Source: an uncultured Chloroflexia bacterium
GTDB taxonomy: Bacteria; Chloroflexota; Limnocylindria; QHBO01
Length of the DNA stretch: 64,000 nucleotides
Assembly: GCA_963750025.1 (NCBI GenBank)
Contig: CAVVPF010000020.1
Location: forward strand, 58,083-122,082
Direction: 5' to 3'
Shown: positions 1 through 11,072 of the stretch, piece after piece
How the letters are laid out: the number at the start of each line of letters is the position of its first letter
How positions within the stretch are numbered: position 1 is the stretch's first letter
Translations under genes and position numbers: made by a program
Notes under the pieces: generated by a model
Database searches by the model: none
What the model was told of the DNA's origin: nothing
Seen by the model: the letters and a program-made list of their open reading frames with translations, nothing else

Positions 1-10
1 CGGGCGCCGC

Positions 11-391
11 ATGCCTAGCGGGTCGTTCGACCCCGCTCTCCTCGAGCGGCTGCGCTCAGCCGAAGAGGTGGAGATCGAGACCTGCGCAGCACCGGGTGCG
101 CCGATCCATTGCACCGTCATCTGGGTCGTGGTCGATGGGCAGGACCACGTCCTGATCCGCTCGTACCTGGGACCGGGCGCGCGCTGGTACCGCGAAGCGA
201 CGGCGCAGGCGTCCTGCGTGCTGCACGTGAGCGGCGAATCGGTGTCGGTCGCCGCGGTTCCTGCCAGGGACGGCGAGCGGATCGGGGCATGCAGCCGCGG
301 CTACCTGGCCAAGTACGCGCGCCATCGGGCAACGCCGCAGATGCTGGACGAGACAAACCTGCCGACCACGCTTGAGCTGCTTCCTCGGTAG
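11..391 (+). CDS. DUF2255 family protein (hypothetical)
   Basis: 126-aa ORF; motif pattern (TVIWVVVDGQDHVLIRSY...GARWYRE) resembles DUF2255 proteins; window starts just upstream. Confidence 0.45.
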   Translation: MPSGSFDPALLERLRSAEEVEIETCAAPGAPIHCTVIWVVVDGQDHVLIRSYLGPGARWYREATAQASCVLHVSGESVSVAAVPARDGERIGACSRGYLAKYARHRATPQMLDETNLPTTLELLPR

Positions 392-425
392 GCTGCCACG
401 CCATCGGTGCGCTACCCTAGGCGCC

Positions 426-1390
426 ATGGACGAGGAAGCACGCGCCAAAGCGTTCTACGCGCATGTCTCAGGCGGCGGCAAGGTCGAGCCGACGACTGGA
501 TGCCCGACGAGTACCGGGCCGCCGTGCTGCAAGTTCGTCGAGATGCACGCCAACTCCGAGCTGATGGGCGTGCTCCCCGAGCGGGAGTGGATCATGCGCG
601 CCCCGACCCTGCGTCGCAAGCTCGCCCTCACCGCAAGGTCCAGGACGAGGTCGGGCCACGCCCAGCTGCTGTACCGCGTCGCCGAGGACCTGGGCAAGAC
701 CGCGCGAGGCGATGTTCGACGACCTGCTGGCCGGCAAGACCAAGTTCCACAACGTCTTCCACTACCCGACCCGCGGCTGGGCCGACATCGGGATCATCGC
801 CTGGCTCGTGGACGCGGCCGCGATCGTCGCCCAGCAGGCGCTGCGCGACTCGTCGCTACGCGCCGTACGCCCGGACGATGCAGAAGATCTGCTGGGAGGA
901 GTCGGTCCACATCATGCACGGGCGCGACGTGGTGGTGACGATGATGACCGGGACGCGATGCCCAGCGCGCCGCTGGTCCAGGACGCGCTCGACCGATGGT
1001 GGGGGCCGCTGATGCAGATGCACGGCCCGCCGACCGACCCGGCAACGGACCGCGACCTGCACTGGCGGATCAAGGCCAAGACGACCGAGGAGCTGCGCCA
1101 GGAGTTCCTGACGATCTACGTGCCGCGCATCCGCGAGCTCGGCCTGGTGATCCCCGACCCGAAGCTGCGCTACGACGAGGCGGCCGGGCGCTGGCGCTAC
1201 ACCGAGCCCGACTGGGACGAGCTGCGGGCGGTCGTCACCGACCACGGCCCGAAGTCGCAGGAGCGCCTCGAGTTCCGGCGTACCCACCGCGCCGAGACCC
1301 AGTGGGTCCGCGACGCGATCCTCGGGACGCGGTCGGCGCGGCGGCCTGAGGCCGTCGCCGGCGCGATCGGGCGTCACACCGGACTCGAGG
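426..1390 (+). CDS. paaA: 1,2-phenylacetyl-CoA epoxidase subunit A (PaaA), split over three reading frames by apparent frameshifts in 426-1000
   Basis: Pieces DWMPDEYRAAVL / EMHANSELMGVLPEREWIMRAPTLRRKLAL / YARTMQKICWEESVH / RWWGPLMQMHGP...WRIKAKTTEELRQEF match PaaA but lie in frames of ORFs 372, 407 and 712. Confidence 0.7.
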
Positions 1391-1698
1391 CCTGGGAGGT
1401 CTTCCGCCAGGAGGCGGAGGGCGACCCGATGGTCCACGGCGGCAGCGTCATGGCGCCCGACGAGGAGCTGGCGACGCATTACGCCCGCGAGTTCTACGGG
1501 CGTCGCCAGGAGAGCGAGCGGCTGTGGATCGTGCCGCGCGACGCGATCATCGAGCTCGACGACCCGGACCTGCTGAAGCCGCCGTTCGATCGGTCGTTCA
1601 AGCGGCCCGGTGGCTACGTGATCAAGCACAAGCTGGAGGCGGCCCGCGAGCGCGCGGGAGCCAGCACCGAGTTGTCGCAAGAGGAGCCTGGCGAGTGA
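1384..1698 (+). CDS. paaB: PaaB-like region read in-frame with PaaA C-terminus (no intervening stop)
   Basis: EVFRQEAEGDPMVHGGSVMAPDEELATHYAREFYGRRQESERLWIVPRDAIIELDDPD matches PaaB; no start codon or stop separates it from PaaA in ORF 712..1698. Confidence 0.5.
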   Translation, partial: LEAWEVFRQEAEGDPMVHGGSVMAPDEELATHYAREFYGRRQESERLWIVPRDAIIELDDPDLLKPPFDRSFKRPGGYVIKHKLEAARERAGASTELSQEEPGE

Positions 1699-2466
1699 GC
1701 GAGCTCGATCCTGCGACCCGCGAAGCGCTCGGCGAGCTGCTGCTGGCCATGGCCGACGACGAGTTCGTGCTCGGCTTCTGGGATTCCGAGTGGACCGGCA
1801 TCGCGCCGATCCTCGAGGAGGACGTGGCGATGAGCTCGGTCGAGCCAGGACGAGATCGGCCACGCCAAGGCGCTCTACGAGCTGCTCGCCGCGCTCACCG
1901 GCGACGATGCCGACGAGATCGCCTTCGGGCGCCGCCCTGAGGGCTACCGCCACGCCGCGCTGATGGACCACGCCCGCACCGACTGGGCCTTCACCATCGC
2001 CCGCCGCTTCCTCTACGAGACCGCCGATGCGGTGCGGCTCGAATCGCTGGCTGGCTCGTCCTACGAGCCGCTGGCCAACCTGGCAAGGAAGATGCGGCGC
2101 GAGGAGACCTACCATCTTCTTCACTTCGACCTGTGGCTGCGCCGTCTGACGGAGGGCAACTCGGAGTCGCGAGATCGGCTGATCAGTGCGTTGCGGGAGC
2201 TGTGGACCGATGCCCAGGCGGTCTTTGCCCCTCTTGCCGGCGAAGCCGTGCTGCAGGCGGCCGATATGCTGCCGGACTCCCTGGAGACGCTGCGCCAGCG
2301 ATGGCTGGCCCGCATCACGCCACGATTCGCGGAGCTCGGGCTGCCGGCCATGCCCGCTGCGCCGGTGCCCGAAGCGGACGGGCGCAGACTGCACGGCGCC
2401 GACTTCGGCTGGCTGCACGGCGAGTTCACCATGGTGGCCGACTCCGAACCGGGTGCGTCGTGGTAG
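1695..2466 (+). CDS. paaC: 1,2-phenylacetyl-CoA epoxidase subunit C (PaaC), one apparent frameshift near 1850-1960
   Basis: GTG 1695 overlaps paaA/B stop (GTGA); VSELDPATREALGELLLAMADDEFVLGFWDSEWTGIAPILEED then frame of ORF 1963..2466 continues PaaC. Confidence 0.65.
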
Positions 2467-2981
2467 CGACGCTGCATCCGCGTGAGACGGCGGTCTGGGC
2501 CGCGCTGGCCGAGGTGACCGACCCGGAGATTCCGACTGTCAGCCTCGTCGACCTGGGGGTGATCGGCGGAATTGCCTTCGGGCCACGCGCCGGCGGTGGC
2601 GAGCGACTGACCGTGGATCTGCTGCCGACCTTTGTCGGTTGCCCGGCCGTCGAAGTGATGCGGGAGCAGATCGGGGAGCGGCTGACCTCGCTCGGCGTGG
2701 CCGAGGAGGTGGTGGTCGAAGTCAGCTTCGTCGAGCCGTGGACGTCGGAGCGCATCACCCCGGCTGGTCGCGAGGCGCTGCGCCGATCCGGGTTCGCTCC
2801 GCCCCCGGCGGGCCGCTCCTTCGATGAAGGCGAGCTGCTGACGGTGCTGCCGACCGCCACCTGCCCGTACTGCGGTTCGCGCCGCACGACACTCGAAGAA
2901 TCCGTTCGGCCCGACGCTGTGCCGGGCCATCTACCACTGCGCCGACTGCCGCCAGCCGTTCGAGCAGTTCAAGGCGGTCTG
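2460..2981 (+). CDS. paaD: phenylacetate-CoA oxygenase subunit PaaD, apparent frameshift near 2905
   Basis: [36 protein letters not shown]...TFVGCPAVE; correct C-terminus [26 protein letters not shown] is in another frame ending at tga 2979-2981. Confidence 0.65.
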
Positions 2982-3031
2982 AACAAACCGATGCGCTACC
3001 CTTCGCCACTCAGAGCAGCGGAGGAGCCGGC

Positions 3032-4835
3032 ATGGTGATGGACGGCGACGAGGTCCGAGCGGGCGCGGTTGAGATGCTGGACGCCGGCGCGCACGACCGG
3101 CTCGACACCATGCGGCACTCGGCCTCCCACCTTATGGCCGCGGCCGTCGTGAAGCTCTTCCCGGGAGCAAAGCTGGGGATTGGTCCGGCCATCCGGGACG
3201 GCTTCTACTACGATTTCGATCTGCCCCGCGCCCTGACCCCCGCCGACCTCGAGGCGATCGAGGGCAAGATGCGCGAGGAGGTCGCCGCAAATCTGGCGTT
3301 CGAGCGCTCCGAGCAGCCACGTGAGGCGGCTCTCACCGAGCTGGCCGCCGCCGGCCAGGACTACAAGGTCGAGATCATCTCTGAGCTCAGTGATGAGCAG
3401 GCGCGCGTGATCAGCTTCTATCGCCACGGGACCTTCAGCGACCTCTGCCGCGGGCCGCATGTTCAATCGACCGGTCAGCTCGGGCCGTTCAAGCTGCTGA
3501 GCACCGCGGGCGCTTATTGGCGGGGCGATGAGAAACGGCCGATGCTCCAGCGCATCTACGGCACCGTCTGGGAGTCCCAGGCGCAGCTCGACGACTACCT
3601 GTGGCGCATCGAGGAGGCGAAGAAACGCGACCACCGCAAGCTCGGTCGCGAGCTGGACCTGTTCAGCTTCCACCCCGAGTCGCCGGCCGCGCCGTTCTGG
3701 CATCCACGCGGCATGGCGCTCTGGCGCGAGCTGGAGACCTGGTCGCTCAAGGTGCGTCGCGAAGGCGGCTTCGTCGAGGTGCGCACCCCCGCCGTGGTGC
3801 GCAGGGAGCTATGGGAGACCTCCGGCCACTGGTCCCTCTACCAGGAGCACATGTTCGTGCTCGAGGACGGCGAACACCAGGCCGGTCTGAAGCCGATGAA
3901 CTGCCCGGAATCGATGCTGATCTTCAAGTCTGGCTTGCGCTCCTACCGCGACCTGCCGATGCGCCTGGCCGACTACTCCGGGCTCTTCCGCAACGAGCGG
4001 ACCGGTGCGTTGGCCGGCATGTTCCGCGTGCGGCAGCTGACCCAGGACGACAGCCACGTCATCTGCCGCGACGATCAGGTCATCGATGAGGTGAACCTGG
4101 CGCTTTCGCTGGTCCGTCGCCAGTACGAGCCGTTCGGCTTCGCGCCGCATTTCAAGCTGGCCACGCGGCCCGAGAAGAAGCTCGGAACCGATGATTTCTG
4201 GGAGATGGCCGAGGGCAAGCTGACCGAAGCGTTACAGGGGGCGGAGATCGACTACGCCATCGACGCTGGCGGGGGAGCCTTCTATGCCCCCAAGATCGAC
4301 GTCTTCATTCGACGACGCCATCGGTCGCGAATGGCAGATGGCCACCATCCAGCTCGACTACCAGCTGCCGCAGCGATTCGAGCTGGAGTACCGCACCGCC
4401 GATGGCGGCACGGCGCGACCGGCGGTCATCCACTACGCCATCTATGGCAGCTTCGAGCGGTTCATCGGGATCATCACCGAGCACTACGCCGGCGCCTTTC
4501 CTGCGTGGCTGGCGCCCTTGCAGGTGATGGTCATGCCGATCGCGGACCGACACGTCGCGTATGCCGGCGAAGTGCGCGACGCCCTGGTCGCCGCGGGGAT
4601 CCGAGCAGAGGTGGACGACCGCGCCGAGCGCATGCAGGCCAAGCTGCGCGACGCGCAAGAGCAGAAGGTCCCCGTGATGCTGGTGCTGGGCGACCGCGAC
4701 CAGGAGGCAAGGGCGGTGAGCCCGCGCCTGCGCACCGGTGAGTCGGCCCAGGGAGTACCGCTCGAGCAGTTCGTGGCCGACATCCGCGGTCGTATCGATT
4801 CTCGCGAGCTGTGGCCGTATGGCGCGGCCGGGTAA
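3032..4835 (+). CDS. thrS: threonine--tRNA ligase (short form, no N-terminal TGS domain), one apparent frameshift near 4300
   Basis: HSASHLMAAAV...GPAIRDGFYYDFDL...RDHRKLGRELDLF...KPMNCPESM; continues in frame of ORF 4284..4835 (IDDAIGREWQMATIQLDYQLPQRF...). Confidence 0.85.
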
Positions 4836-5037
4836 GGGCCACGCCCGTGTGCGCCGATTGCCCGGTGTCGCTCGAGGGAGTCCGATCGGCGTCTCAATGG
4901 CTGAATGCCGCTCCGCCGTGTCCTACTGGCATGCCGGGCGTGTCCATTGCCGTCTCAGCGCGGCATGCGAGCGACTGAATGGTCGTTAGGGCCCATCCGT
5001 GCTGCACGCGGCGACCCGTCACGGTGACGGCAAGCCA

Positions 5038-5403
5038 ATGAGGAAGATGCGTGCGGTGGGCCAGCTCGCCCTCGCCTCGACCGATCCGGCTCGGGTCGCG
5101 GAGTTCTATGAATCCGCCTTCGGTTTCCGGAGACGTGCCACGGACGAGGGCGGGGTGGACCTGGAGCTGGGAGGCTTCGAGCTCAGCTTCCGGCGCGGCG
5201 ATCGCGCAGCCCGCGATGGGATGCAGATCGGCTTTCGGGTCGACACCGCGGCGGAAGTGGACGCCTGGGCGCAGGAGATGAGCCTGCGCGGATTCGCCCT
5301 GGTCGGACCGCCGTCGGGTGATCGGTGGGAGGGAACGCGCTCCTTCCGTGTGGCTGACCCGGATGGCCGCCAGGTATCGGTCTTCTATGACTACCCGAGC
5401 TGA
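5038..5403 (+). CDS. VOC/glyoxalase family protein
   Basis: VGQLALASTDPARVAEFYESAFGF...GFRVDTAAEVDAWAQEM; start choice (ATG 5038) uncertain, ORF opens at 4999. Confidence 0.5.
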   Translation: MRKMRAVGQLALASTDPARVAEFYESAFGFRRRATDEGGVDLELGGFELSFRRGDRAARDGMQIGFRVDTAAEVDAWAQEMSLRGFALVGPPSGDRWEGTRSFRVADPDGRQVSVFYDYPS

Positions 5404-5524
5404 GGTCGAGCCGCGTTGACCGTCCCTTCAGGCTCGGTGTATAGTCCGCGGGCGTTTGCGCATCGGTGTGGGCCACGCGTCCGGACCGGACGGTGGCTCA
5501 TTTGTTGAAGGAGCGGCAGCACTC

Positions 5525-6175
5525 ATAGCCAAGGATCTCCGAATCAACGAGATGATCCGAATCCGCGAGGTGCGGGTCATCGACGATGAGGGTCAGCAGC
5601 TCGGCGTTCTGCCAACCGTCGAGGCTCTCGCCCTGGCGCAGGAGAAGGGGCTCGACCTCGTGGAGGTGGCGCCCGCAGCAGCCCCACCGGTCTGCCGGAT
5701 CCTCGACTACGGGCAGTACAAATACGAGCTCCAGAAGCGCGAGCGCGAAGCGAAGCGAAAGCAGAAATCGCAGACCTTCAAGGAGATCCGGCTTCGGGTC
5801 AAGATCGACGTCAATGACCTGAGGACCAAGACCCGTCGGGCAGGCGAATTCCTGGCCGATGGCGACCGGGTAAAGGTCACCGTCCAGTTCCGGGGACGCG
5901 AGATGAGCCACGCCAACCTGGGGCGTGACCTGCTCGACCGGGCGGCGGAGATGCTTGCCGAGCACGGCGTCGTGGAGCGAGCACCGCTCCTCGAAGGCCG
6001 CAACATGTTCATCGTGATGGCCCCGCCCGAGAAGCGGGTCGAAAAGAAGGGCGAAACGATCGGCGACGCCATGGCCGCCCAGGGGACCGACGCAACCGCA
6101 GTCATGGAAGCGGAGCCGGTGGCCGAGGCAGGCGATCCGGAGCCGAGCGATACGCAGTCGATGGAGCAGAGCTGA
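5525..6175 (+). CDS. infC: translation initiation factor IF-3, likely non-AUG (ATA) start
   Basis: (M)AKDLRINEMIRIREVRVIDDEGQQLGVL...CRILDYGQYKYE...QFRGREMSH; aggag at 5509-5513, then ATA 5525; no in-frame ATG/GTG before the conserved N-terminus. Confidence 0.8.
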   Translation: MAKDLRINEMIRIREVRVIDDEGQQLGVLPTVEALALAQEKGLDLVEVAPAAAPPVCRILDYGQYKYELQKREREAKRKQKSQTFKEIRLRVKIDVNDLRTKTRRAGEFLADGDRVKVTVQFRGREMSHANLGRDLLDRAAEMLAEHGVVERAPLLEGRNMFIVMAPPEKRVEKKGETIGDAMAAQGTDATAVMEAEPVAEAGDPEPSDTQSMEQS

Positions 6176-6176
6176 C

Positions 6177-6374
6177 ATGCCCAAGATGAAGACTCACAAG
6201 GGAACGGCCAAGCGCTACAAGAAGACCGGCTCCGGCAAGTGGGTTCGTCCCAAGGCGTGGAGCGGCCACCACCTCCAGATCAAGTCGAGCAGCCGGACTC
6301 GCCGCTACGCGGGCAAGGCGATCGTGTCGGCCACTCACAACAAGCAGCTCTCTCGGCTGCTCCCGTACGGATAG
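6177..6374 (+). CDS. rpmI: 50S ribosomal protein L35
   Basis: MPKMKTHKGTAKRYKKTGSGKW...LLPYG. Confidence 0.9.
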   Translation: MPKMKTHKGTAKRYKKTGSGKWVRPKAWSGHHLQIKSSSRTRRYAGKAIVSATHNKQLSRLLPYG

Positions 6375-6384
6375 AGGCTGACCG

Positions 6385-6744
6385 ATGGCCAGAGTCAAGC
6401 GCGGCGTTGCCGCGCACAAGCGCCACAAGCGCCTCCTCGCCCAGGCGGAGGGGCGTCGCGGCACCCGATCGAAGCTGATTCGGCCGGCCCGTGAGGCGCT
6501 CTTCCACGCTCTTGTGTACGCGTATCGCGATCGGCGTGACCGAAAGCGCGACATGCGCCGCCTATGGATCGAACGGATCAACGCCGCGGCGCGCCAGAAC
6601 GGGCTGTCCTATGGCCGATTCATCGCCGGCCTGAAGTCGGCGGGGGTCGCAGTCGACCGCAAGATGCTCGCCGACCTGGCGATCCGCGACGCAGGCGCTT
6701 TCAGCAAGATGGTGGAGATGGCTAAGGCCTCCTTTACCGGCTAG
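6385..6744 (+). CDS. rplT: 50S ribosomal protein L20
   Basis: [23 protein letters not shown]...[24 protein letters not shown]. Confidence 0.9.
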   Translation: MARVKRGVAAHKRHKRLLAQAEGRRGTRSKLIRPAREALFHALVYAYRDRRDRKRDMRRLWIERINAAARQNGLSYGRFIAGLKSAGVAVDRKMLADLAIRDAGAFSKMVEMAKASFTG

Positions 6745-6773
6745 CCAGCGCCCGGACGACGCCGGCTCCCACC

Positions 6774-6812
6774 GACCCTGCTCGCAAAACGCGGAGCAGG
6801 GTCGTTTGTTTT
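6774..6812 (+). terminator. rho-independent terminator-like hairpin after rplT
   Basis: gaccctgctc (6774-6783) pairs with gagcagggtc (6794-6803), followed by gtttgttttc. Confidence 0.55.
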
Positions 6813-6898
6813 CACCGATGATCTTGGATGAACCGATGAAACGACAGTTCGCCGCCTCAGCCCACCCACATCGGCCTGATGTTCAAGCGCAGGGCTCG

Positions 6899-7972
6899 AT
6901 GAACGACATGCTCGCGCGGCTCGAGCAGGTGCGTGCCACGGCGCGCGATCGGCTGGTCGCTGCAAATGACGTTGCCGCGGTCGAGGCCTTGAGGGGCGCC
7001 ATTCTGGGCCGCTCGGGCGAGCTCACCCAGCTCCTGCGCGAGCTGCCAGCCGTCGATGCTGCGGAACGTCCGAAGATCGGCCAGCTGGCCAACTCCGTCC
7101 GCGATGAGATCGATGCGGGGATGGGCGCTCGGCTGGCGGACCTGGCGTCGAGGGCGCTCGATGAGCGCCTGGCGTCAGAGGCTATCGACATGTCGGCGCC
7201 GGGACGTCCGACACGAGTTGGCCATCTGCACCCGACCCTCAGCGTCGAGCGCGACCTGCGCGAGATCTTCCACGCGTTCGGCTTCGAGATCTTCGAGGGG
7301 CCCGAAATCGAAACGGAGGCCATGAACTTCGAGGCGCTCAACATCCCGCCCGACCATCCATCGCGCGATCTGTGGGACACCCTTTACGTCGCGGAGCCGG
7401 GGAGCGATCCGCCGCGACCGGCAGAGGACGGCACCATCCTGCGCACCCATACCAGCCCGGTCCAGGTGCGCGCCATGCGCGAGCTCAGCCCGCCGATCCG
7501 GGTCATCACCCCGGGACGCTGCTTCCGCTACGAGGCGGTTGACGCATCGCACAACTTCGAGTTCTTCCAGGTGGAAGGCCTCGTGGTCGACCGCGATACG
7601 AGCTTGGCGGATCTGAAAGGGATGCTCGAGGAGTTCGCGCGGGCGCTCTATGGCGAGGCGACCAAGACCCGCTTCCGCCCCGGCTACTACCCGTTCACCG
7701 AGCCGAGCGTCGCCTTCGACGTCAGCTGCCTGGTCTGTGGCGGACCGGGCTGCCCGGCCTGCGGGCGCTCCGGCTGGATGACGATCCTGGGTGCCGGCAT
7801 GGTCCATCCGACCGTGCTGCGCGCGGGCGGGATCGACCCCGACATCTACCAGGGGTACGCCTTCGGCATGGGCCTCGATCGGATCACCTTGCTGCGTCAC
7901 GGCATTCCCGACCTGCGCCTGCTGATGGGCGCCGATCTGCGCTTCCTGTCGCAGTTCCCCGGCGGACGGTAG
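6899..7972 (+). CDS. pheS: phenylalanine--tRNA ligase alpha subunit
   Basis: MNDMLARLEQV...HPSRDLWDTLYV...RTHTSPVQVRAM...FRPGYYPFTEPS...GWMTILGAGMVHP; ORF opens at 6806, ATG 6899 fits the PheS N-terminus better. Confidence 0.85.
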   Translation: MNDMLARLEQVRATARDRLVAANDVAAVEALRGAILGRSGELTQLLRELPAVDAAERPKIGQLANSVRDEIDAGMGARLADLASRALDERLASEAIDMSAPGRPTRVGHLHPTLSVERDLREIFHAFGFEIFEGPEIETEAMNFEALNIPPDHPSRDLWDTLYVAEPGSDPPRPAEDGTILRTHTSPVQVRAMRELSPPIRVITPGRCFRYEAVDASHNFEFFQVEGLVVDRDTSLADLKGMLEEFARALYGEATKTRFRPGYYPFTEPSVAFDVSCLVCGGPGCPACGRSGWMTILGAGMVHPTVLRAGGIDPDIYQGYAFGMGLDRITLLRHGIPDLRLLMGADLRFLSQFPGGR

Positions 7973-7977
7973 GAAAG

Positions 7978-10411
7978 ATGCTCGTTCCGCTCTCCTGGTT
8001 GCGCGAGTACGTCACCTTCGACCTTGCTCCGGAGGCCCTCGCCGAGGAGCTGACCCTCCGCGGCATGGAGGTCCAGAAGATCGGCGTGTCCGGGGCGGAC
8101 TGGACCGATGTGGTCGTTGGTCGGCTCCTGAGCGTCGAACGCCATCCCAACGCCGACAAGCTGTGGCTGACGCGAGTCGAGGTGGGGGATGGCGAACAGC
8201 TCCAGGTGGTCTGCGGCGCTGACAACATCGCGCCGGGGCAGCTGGTGCCGGTGGCGCGGGTGGGCGCCACGCTGGCCGGGGGGCGCCAGATCGAACGAAG
8301 CAAGATCCGCGGCGTTGAGTCGCAGGGGATGCTCTGTTCGGCGATCGAGCTCGACATCGGCGCTGACGCGGAGGGAATCCACATCCTCGGGAACGCCGAT
8401 CGAGTTCCCACTCGGCGCCGACCTGCGGCCGATCCTGGGCGAGGTGGTGCTCGACGTGGATGTCAAGCCCAACCGCGGCGACGCCCTGTCCATGGTCGGG
8501 CTGGCTCGGGAGATCGCGGCGTTCACCGGCGCGGGCCTGCGGCTGCCCGAGATCGCACCGGTCGCTGAGCCGGTGGCGGATGGAGCGCCACACGTACAGC
8601 TCGGGATCGAGGATGTCGAGGCATGTCCCCGTTTCACCGCGCGGTGGTTCGAAGGGATCGCAAATGGTCCCTCCCCTGCCTGGATGCAGCGGCGCCTGCT
8701 CCTCGCAGGCATGCGTCCGATCAGCGCTGTGGTCGACGTGACGAACTACGTGATGCATGAGCTTGGCCAGCCGATGCACGCGTATGACGCCGATGGCGTG
8801 CCGGACGGCCGCATCGTCGTTCGCAGGGCCCGCGACGGCGAGCGGCTCACTACCATCGATCACCAGGACCGACTCCTGGACCCCCGCATGCTGGTGATCG
8901 CCGATGAGAGCCGACCGATCGGCCTGGCCGGGATCATGGGCGGCGAAGAGACGGAGGTTACCGCGAGGACGACGCGGGTCATCCTGGAGTCGGCCATCTT
9001 CCACGGCCCAACGGTCCGCAACACGGCCCGGCGGCTCGGTTTGCGCTCGGAAGCCAGCATGCGCCACGAGAAGGGCGTTGCCCGCGACCTGCCGCGCATG
9101 GCCGGCGATCGGGCGGCCGCTTTGATCGTCGAGATCACGGGCGGACGGGTGGCGTCCTCCCTCGCGGACAGCGATCCGAACCCGCCGGCGCCGGTCCAAA
9201 TCGAGGTGAAGCTGGACCGTACTCAGCGACTGCTCGGGATCGAGCTGGACGCCGAGGTGGTCGACCGCCTGCTGCGACCGCTCGGATTCGGCGTTGAGCG
9301 GATCGCCGGCCGAGCCGTGAATGTGGCGGTGCCCACGCATCGGCTGGATGTGGTGGCCCCCGAGGACGTCGCCGAAGAGATCGCCCGCAGCTACGGATAT
9401 GGCCGGATTGTCGGACGCCTTCCGCAACCGACCCTTCCGCCATTCCGGCCCGACCCGGGGGAGGGCCGTCATCGGGTACGGCGCATCCTGGCCGGTCTGG
9501 GCCTGGACGAGGTCGTGACGCACGCCCTGATCGGTCCAACCGACCTGACGCGCGGCGGCCTTGACCCGAAGCTGCCATCACTGGTGCGCCTGGCAAATCC
9601 ACCGGCTGAGCAGCACAGCATCCTTCGGCCGGCCATCTACCCGTCGCTGCTCGCTGCCCTCGCGGAGAACGTGAGGCAGCGACGCCTCGACCCCTGGCTC
9701 TTCGAGGTCGGCAAGATCTACTGGGCAGGGGCGTCCGCAGAAGCAAGCGCCGAGACCGCCGGGACGGGGCGATTCGAGACCTGGCAGCTCGGCGTGACCC
9801 TGCTCGGTCCACGGACGCCACGATCGGTCGATGGCCAGCCGACTGAAGCCGATGTCTCCCAGCTCAAGGGGGTGATCGAAGCACTGCACGCCTCGTTGGG
9901 TGCTCCCTTGCCGACCTATCGCCCTGCCGGAGAGGCTCGCGATCCTCACCTGCACCCCGGTCGAGCCGCGGACCTGGTGAACAGCCGCGGCCACAGCTAC
10001 GGCAGCCTGGGAGAGATCGATCCGCGGGTGGCCAGTGCATGGGATCTGCCCGGGCGGCCGGTGGCGGCGACGCTCAGCCTCGCCGCGTTGTTCGACTCGA
10101 TCGCCAAAGAGGTGCGGGTTGGCGCGCCGCCAGGGGTCCAGCCGATCGACCGCGACCTGGCTGTGCTGCTTGACGAGGGCGCCGCGGTCGGTGAGCTGCT
10201 CAGGCTCATACACAGCAACGCCGGCCCGCAGCTGGTCGAGGCGCGCCTGTTCGATCAGTATCGGGGCCCGCAGCTGGGCGTAGGGAAGGTTTCGTATGCC
10301 GTGGCACTTCGTTTCCAGCCCGCCACGACGGGAGACGAGCGAGCCGTGGAGCGCGCCATGAAGCGGATCCAGGGGGCGCTCCAACACCACCTTGGAGCGG
10401 TGATCCGCTGA
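7978..10411 (+). CDS. pheT: phenylalanine--tRNA ligase beta subunit, one apparent frameshift near 8391-8404
   Basis: MLVPLSWLREYV...ERHPNADKLWLTRVEVG then frame of ORF 8189 (EFPLGADLRPILGEVVLDVDVKPNRGDALSM...FDQYRGPQLG...SYAVALRFQ). Confidence 0.85.
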
Positions 10412-10500
10412 TCGCTCTGATCGCGCCGGAGTCGGGCTGCTACGCTTCCGCCGCCCGACGTGACGGACGATGTCCGGACAGAGCGGAGACGAGGAGGTAT

Positions 10501-11072
10501 CGGTGGAGGTCCTGACCAAGCTCACCCCAGTCGACCTGTTCATCGTCCTCGGCCTGGCGGGCGGGGTCTTCGCAGGCTTCACCCAGGGGATGATCCGCTA
10601 CGCCCTGAACGCCGTGGTGGTGGTGGTCGCCTTCGTGATCGCCAGCCAGCTGCGGGCCCCGCTCTTCGACCTGCTGAGCTTCTGGGACGCATTCACGCCC
10701 GCGCTGCGCGAGCAGATCCTGTTCCTGATCCTGTTCGTGGGCCTGGTGATCGCCGGCTTCTTCATCGTGCGCCTCTTCTACCGCCGCACCCGGCTGCCGA
10801 TCGTTCGGCAGCTCGACGAACTGGGAGGAGCGGTGCTCGGGTTGCTCTTTGCCGCCCTCTTGATCGTCTTCACCATGGTGGTGATGGACAGCTTCTTCAC
10901 GACCGCTCCTGATGCGGTGGTGGCGAGCGCAGGACCGCTGAAGGGCCTCTACGAGACGATGGATGATTCGATCCTCGTGCAGTTTTTCCGCGACACGCTG
11001 ATCCCGACCTTCGGCGCCCTGGCACGCCCGTTTGTGCCAACCGACATCGCCGAGCTGCTGCAGCGGAAATGA
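10501..11072 (+). CDS. cvpA: CvpA family membrane protein
   Basis: gaggagg RBS then GTG 10501; VEVLTKLTPVDLFIVLGLAGGVFAGFTQG...; multiple TM segments. Confidence 0.65.

Noticed and set aside
4999-5037. Inverted repeat ccgtcacggtgacgg after thrS as a terminator
   Set aside because: A 1-nt loop cannot form. There is no T-tract, and it lies inside the probable N-terminal extension of the VOC ORF.
6813-6899. pheST attenuator leader peptide
   Set aside because: The only small ORF in the leader is not Phe-rich and runs in frame into pheS.
8012-9523. 503-aa minus-strand ORF
   Set aside because: It is antisense to pheT and looks like a high-GC artefact.
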